From the NCBI GenBank assembly GCA_005792635.1, contig SXRF01000091.1, positions 1 through 48,865 of the forward strand: a stretch of 48,865 bases of DNA. The letters are read 5' to 3'. Shown here in pieces: positions 44,264-48,865 of the stretch; position 1 is the first letter of the stretch; every line of letters begins with the position of its first letter. Under the pieces are notes generated by a model. It did no database searches. It saw nothing but the letters and a program-made list of their open reading frames with translations, and was not told the DNA's origin. Source of the DNA: Rickettsiales bacterium. Lineage in GTDB: Bacteria > Pseudomonadota > Alphaproteobacteria > Rickettsiales > SXRF01. A program made the position numbers and the translations under genes.

Positions 44264-46032
44264 GGTTGGATAACAACAATCCATCCACCACCAACCGTAT
44301 CTGGAGTTTGCGCGAGGTGGACGAACGAGTGGTTGCGGCGATGATGCGCGCGCATGATTTGCCAGAGATTGTGGCGCGGTTGCTGGTGGCGCGGGGAATT
44401 AGTGAGGAGGCGGCGGAGGATTTTCTAAACCCGACCCTCAAAAATTCGCTGCCCAACCCTTCGCATTTGTTGGATATGGACAAGGCGGCGGCGCGGGTGG
44501 CGGACGCTGTGCTGGCGGGCAAAAAAATCGCCATCTGGGGTGATTATGATGTTGACGGCGCGACATCATCCGCCTTGCTCGCCCGTTATTTCCGCGCTCT
44601 TGGAATAAACCCAACAATATATATTCCCGACCGTATGAAGGAAGGTTACGGGCCGAATGCACCAGCCTTGCTGGCTTTGCGCGGGCAAGGGGTGTCAATG
44701 GTTATCACTGTTGACTGCGGAACGCTGGCGTTTGAGCCACTGGCGGCGGCGAAGGCGGCGGGGCTGGATGTAATCGTGGTGGATCACCATCTCGGCGAGG
44801 CACGAAAGCCAGAGGCAGTCGCCATCATCAACCCAAACCGCTTGGATGAAACCTCACCACATCGGCAAATGGCGGCGGTTGGCGTTGCGTTTTTGCTAAT
44901 CGTTGCGATTAACCGCGAGCTACGCGGTCGCAATTTCTTCACTACGATTGCCGAACCCGACATAAAACAATGGCTGGATATTGTTGCTCTCGGCACAGTC
45001 TGTGATGTTGTGCCGCTGACTGGTGTCAACCGCGCCTTTGTTTCGCAGGGGCTAAAAGTTATGGCAGCGCGGCGCAATATCGGCATTTCCACGGTGCTTG
45101 ACATGGCGAAATCAGACGAAAAACCGAGCGTATATAGTTGCGGATTTATAATAGGCCCGCGGATCAATGCGGGTGGGCGCGTGGGAAAATCGGATCTTGG
45201 CGTGCGTTTGCTGACCTGCGAGGACGCGAGCGAAGCCAAGCAAATCGCTGGCGAATTGGAGCAATATAACGCCGAGCGCAAGGCAATTGAGGCGGGTGTG
45301 TTGGAAGCAGCGATGGCGCAAGCGGAGAAAATGGACGCTGGTTCGCCGCTGCTGGTAATCGCGGGGCAAGGCTGGCACGCGGGCGTAATCGGCATTGTCG
45401 CGGGGCGGGTGAAGGATAAATTCAACAAACCAACGGCGATTATCGGCGTGGTTGATGGCATCGGCAAAGCCTCGGCGAGGAGTGTTTCAGGCGTTGATTT
45501 TGGCGCGGGCGTAATCGCAGCGATGGAGGCAGGGTTGCTGATAGCTGGCGGTGGACACGCAATGGCGGCGGGCTTCACCGTGGCGGAGGAGAAAATTTCT
45601 GCCCTCGCTGAATTCCTGCAAAGCCACATGGCGGCGCAGTTGCAAGCCGTGGCGGGACAACGAAAACTATCAATAGACGGAATTATCAGCATAGCGGGCG
45701 CAACGCCAGAGCTGATGCTGAAACTGGAAAAACTCGCACCATTCGGGCAGGGAAATCCGCAGCCGCGATTTATGGTGCAGAATGTGGTGAATCTCAAGCC
45801 AGAAATAGTCGGCGAGCATCATGTCAAAACATTATTTATTGATAAGTTAAGCAATGCGCGGCTATCCGCCATTAGCTTTCGTAGTGTGGGAGCTCCGCTT
45901 GGCGACGCTCTGCTCGCCACTCGCGGACAAACGCTAGATGTCGCAGGAACTATGCGCCTTCAAGAATGGAACGGCAAGCAAACGGTTAGCCTGACAATTG
46001 AGGATGTACGAGTGGTAAGTGACAAGAGGTAA
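44260..46032 (+). CDS. recJ: Single-stranded DNA exonuclease RecJ
   Basis: GDYDVDG, EGYG, VDCG, DHH, PRINAGGR, GGHAMAAG, PFGQGNP. Confidence 0.97.
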   Translation: MRLDNNNPSTTNRIWSLREVDERVVAAMMRAHDLPEIVARLLVARGISEEAAEDFLNPTLKNSLPNPSHLLDMDKAAARVADAVLAGKKIAIWGDYDVDGATSSALLARYFRALGINPTIYIPDRMKEGYGPNAPALLALRGQGVSMVITVDCGTLAFEPLAAAKAAGLDVIVVDHHLGEARKPEAVAIINPNRLDETSPHRQMAAVGVAFLLIVAINRELRGRNFFTTIAEPDIKQWLDIVALGTVCDVVPLTGVNRAFVSQGLKVMAARRNIGISTVLDMAKSDEKPSVYSCGFIIGPRINAGGRVGKSDLGVRLLTCEDASEAKQIAGELEQYNAERKAIEAGVLEAAMAQAEKMDAGSPLLVIAGQGWHAGVIGIVAGRVKDKFNKPTAIIGVVDGIGKASARSVSGVDFGAGVIAAMEAGLLIAGGGHAMAAGFTVAEEKISALAEFLQSHMAAQLQAVAGQRKLSIDGIISIAGATPELMLKLEKLAPFGQGNPQPRFMVQNVVNLKPEIVGEHHVKTLFIDKLSNARLSAISFRSVGAPLGDALLATRGQTLDVAGTMRLQEWNGKQTVSLTIEDVRVVSDKR

Positions 46033-46073
46033 GATTTCCCGCCACTTGTCACTCACCACTTATCACTAAAAAG

Positions 46074-46463
46074 CTATTTTTTATCGGTAGGAGCTGGTGC
46101 AGTAGGCGGCATCGGGTTCTTGTTCTGACGATATGAATCCATTCTCGCCTTGCGGAAAGCTTCCCATTCTTCCTTGGTTACTTTGCCGTCTTTATTTGCA
46201 TCGCGCTCATCAAATTTCTTCGCGCCGAAAGCAGCCGATTCTTCTTTGCTGATTACGCTATCTTTATTGGTATCCATTTCTTCGAATACGCGCTCCATGT
46301 GCTTGCCTGCGCGGTCTTTATTGCCGCCCATCATGCTGCCATCGTGCATCGGCATTGCGGCTGGTGCTTGAGTTGGTGGTGTAGCTGCTGGTGCAGGATC
46401 TTGTGCGAAAGACGCAGTTGAAATGGTAGCGAGAACTAAGGCTATAGTTAGTGAAGTTTTCAT
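46074..46463 (-). CDS. Secreted EF-hand protein
   Basis: Signal peptide ending ASFA; DTNKDSVISKEE and DANKDGKVTKEE. Confidence 0.85.
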   Translation of the reverse strand: MKTSLTIALVLATISTASFAQDPAPAATPPTQAPAAMPMHDGSMMGGNKDRAGKHMERVFEEMDTNKDSVISKEESAAFGAKKFDERDANKDGKVTKEEWEAFRKARMDSYRQNKNPMPPTAPAPTDKK

Positions 46464-46557
46464 GGCAAATCTCCAATGTTTTTGCTGGTTGTGGGTGCTT
46501 GTAAAGTAACAAGCCAATGTTTTTTACTACTGTGTATAGAAGTTTGCAAATCTATTA

Positions 46558-48645
46558 TTAAAATCCGTAAGCAAGACCAACTGTAAGCCTAGTCGCTGGG
46601 TCTTCGGTTTTACCGATACCCCCACTAAATTCCGCGCTGACCTTTGCGGCATCGGACATGCTCCACACTGCGCCAACCGCTCCTTCTCCCCAATTATCAT
46701 CACCAGATTTTGGGTTGAATTGTTGCGTAAGACCAATAGTAGTTGCGGTTATGCTGCCACCATCGCCATTGATTTTATGTCCCCAAGCTGTGCGACCGTG
46801 AAGCTGTAAATTAGCGATTGGCGAATGAGCAATCTCAACACCAACTCTGGAAGTTAAAATGTGATTTTGCTGGTCGGTATATGAGGCGGGAAATGCGCCA
46901 CCAGTTTCGGCATAAGCATCCATGTCGGTTTGTGACCATTGCAGTTCGCCGTATGGCATAATTGAGCTGTTGTTGGCAAGCGCAAAAGAATAGCCGCCGC
47001 GACCAGCTAGCCCATAGCCCATCCCGCTAGTTTCGCCGTGTGAGCTGTCAATTCCGCTTCCGTTTTCATAATTTCTGTCGGTGCTGGTATCCAAATAAAC
47101 CGCCATTGCCGTGCCGTATAAGCGCGTTCCTGATGCTGGTTCGTAAGCCACGACAGCCGAGCCACCCGATGCTATCACACTGCTATTGCCATCATAAGCC
47201 AAGCGCGAACTGCTGCCACCGCCAATAATTCCGCCGCCAATTGCTAAATCTTCGCCCGCCCGCGCCACCAAGCCCACTGTGCCGTTTAATCCATAGTTGT
47301 TGAAATTATTGTCTTGCCCAGCCGCCAGTGTTCCCACCAAATATCCAGCATATTTATGCTGTTCTGGAAACGCGACACTGCCAGCCGCTGGTTCATAATC
47401 AGACATGGTTTGTGGCGTTGCGGCTGCTACTTGTTTTGGCGTGGATGGCGAGCCAAAGGACGACAAAGCCTGCCCAGCCGCGAACATAGACTGCCCAACC
47501 CCATTGCTGGCAATCGCTTGCCCTTGTTGCGAAGGAACACTGGCTTCGCTGAGCGATCTCGCTAAATTTGCTGGCGTTGTAACACCAGCAGATGCACCAA
47601 ACGAGGCGATGAACGCTTCTTGCTGCGCGTTATGAGTTCCCGTGCCAACAATTATATTCCCATCGCTGCTTGCCCCATTGGCGGTGTCCAATGTCCAGCC
47701 AGTTAGATTAACTCCTCCTGCCGTCAATACGGTTTCCAGTGACTCCATGCCACCAGCTTGCGTCCAGCGAATTGCTTTACCAACCGATCCATCATCAGCC
47801 ACCCCAACTACAACGCTACCATCAGCACTCACCGCATTGGCATTGCTATAGCTACCACCAGTAAGTATTCCTAAGCTGACCATGCCTCCACCCTGTGTCC
47901 AGCGAAAAGCTTTTTCACTAGAGCCGTCATCACCATATCCAACCACAACGCTACCATCAGAACTTATACCAGTTGCGAGGCTATAATTTCCACCAGCCAG
48001 TATTCCCAAGCTGACCATGCCTCCGCCTTGTGTCCAGTGAAAAGCTCTGCTATTAGTTGACGCATCGTTTGCCTCTCCAACTACTACACTACCATCCGCG
48101 CTTACTGCATTACCAATACTATAATTTCCACCAGCCAGTATTCCCAAGCTGACCATACCTCCGCCCTGTGTCCAGCGAAAAGCCCTTGTGCCACCAGCAG
48201 ATCCAGACCGTCCGACAACTACACTGCCATCTGCATTTACACCATGTGCCAAGCTAAAAGTTCCGCCAGCAAGCGTTCCTAAATTTTCCATACCACCAGC
48301 TTGTGTCCAGCGGAATGCCCTATTGTTAGTTGCTCCAGTGGCATTCCCAACGATTACGCTGCCATCTGCGCTTGCAGCGCGGGCAATACTTGTATTGGCT
48401 ATCGCACCTGCTAGGAAGCCTAAACTTTCAATTCCACCAGACTCTGTCCAGCGGAATGCTGCCACATCAAAATTGGAATCTTCTGCCTCTCCAAATACTG
48501 TGCTGCCGTCGGAGCTTATTCCGTTGGCGCGGCTATAAGTTCCTCCAGTTAATAAACCAGTTCCATCAAGCGTTAGCGGATCAGCGAATGCAGCAGTAGA
48601 AAGGCAGGTGGTGACAGTGAAAAAAGCAATGCTTGATAAGCGCAT
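46558..48645 (-). CDS. Autotransporter with HAF-type extracellular repeats
   Basis: Signal peptide, about seven S-x-A-xx-VSADGSVVVG...AFRWTQ repeats, beta-barrel ending LAYGF. Confidence 0.85.
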   Translation of the reverse strand: MRLSSIAFFTVTTCLSTAAFADPLTLDGTGLLTGGTYSRANGISSDGSTVFGEAEDSNFDVAAFRWTESGGIESLGFLAGAIANTSIARAASADGSVIVGNATGATNNRAFRWTQAGGMENLGTLAGGTFSLAHGVNADGSVVVGRSGSAGGTRAFRWTQGGGMVSLGILAGGNYSIGNAVSADGSVVVGEANDASTNSRAFHWTQGGGMVSLGILAGGNYSLATGISSDGSVVVGYGDDGSSEKAFRWTQGGGMVSLGILTGGSYSNANAVSADGSVVVGVADDGSVGKAIRWTQAGGMESLETVLTAGGVNLTGWTLDTANGASSDGNIIVGTGTHNAQQEAFIASFGASAGVTTPANLARSLSEASVPSQQGQAIASNGVGQSMFAAGQALSSFGSPSTPKQVAAATPQTMSDYEPAAGSVAFPEQHKYAGYLVGTLAAGQDNNFNNYGLNGTVGLVARAGEDLAIGGGIIGGGSSSRLAYDGNSSVIASGGSAVVAYEPASGTRLYGTAMAVYLDTSTDRNYENGSGIDSSHGETSGMGYGLAGRGGYSFALANNSSIMPYGELQWSQTDMDAYAETGGAFPASYTDQQNHILTSRVGVEIAHSPIANLQLHGRTAWGHKINGDGGSITATTIGLTQQFNPKSGDDNWGEGAVGAVWSMSDAAKVSAEFSGGIGKTEDPATRLTVGLAYGF

Positions 48646-48836
48646 AAAATTCCCTAAATAACTCAATATCATCTGCCTATGACATATAATATTTAAGGAA
48701 TGATTAAAAAAAGATGGTTCAAGTCAAGGAATTGCACAATTGTTTTTGCAAATCTATTGTTGCATTTTGTGTGGCAGTGCATTAGAACGCCATATCTGAA
48801 ATACGCTTGGATTTGGTTTTGGGGTTGATTTTCTGG

Positions 48837-48865
48837 GCGGGTGTAGTTCAATGGTAGAACGGCAG
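48837..48865 (+). tRNA. 5' part of a tRNA, probably tRNA-Gly (truncated by window)
   Basis: GCGGGTGTAGTTCAATGGTAGAACGGCAG gives acceptor strand and D arm; anticodon not in window. Confidence 0.75.

Noticed and set aside
44784-45797. 337-aa minus-strand ORF
   Set aside because: Antisense shadow of GC-rich recJ with no recognisable motifs.

Overview
Alphaproteobacterial-type chromosome segment with three parts. (1) An apparently complete ~37.6 kb HK97/lambda-like siphoviral prophage (att repeats 4414-4458 and 42038-42082) is integrated at the anticodon loop of an elongator tRNA-Met(CAT) gene. It has head, tail, lysis, replication, cI/cro switch, excisionase and integrase modules. (2) To its left, a second tyrosine-integrase island sits in tandem at the same tRNA and carries a Type ISP restriction-modification gene truncated by the window edge. 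(3) To the right are host genes (COQ9 family, NUDIX, hisN-like, recJ, EF-hand protein, HAF-repeat autotransporter, start of a tRNA-Gly). Two signals are the most unusual. First, the early gene right after cro starts with a 33-aa copy of the phage's own tape-measure C-terminus (25/33 identical, 13 of those by synonymous codons) and is overprinted on an antisense 84-aa gene with its own sigma70 promoter: a candidate tail-assembly inhibitor plus TMP-decoy antidote pair. Second, a C4-type antisense RNA has its second a/b target not before an antirepressor but in the leader of the convergent DNA adenine methyltransferase gene. Also notable are a second intact integrase related to the neighbouring island's, a tail fibre with an apparent Sec signal peptide, an SGNH-esterase head/neck fibre and a replication initiator ending in a DnaA domain I. 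All family calls come from motif recognition by eye; no database searches were run.
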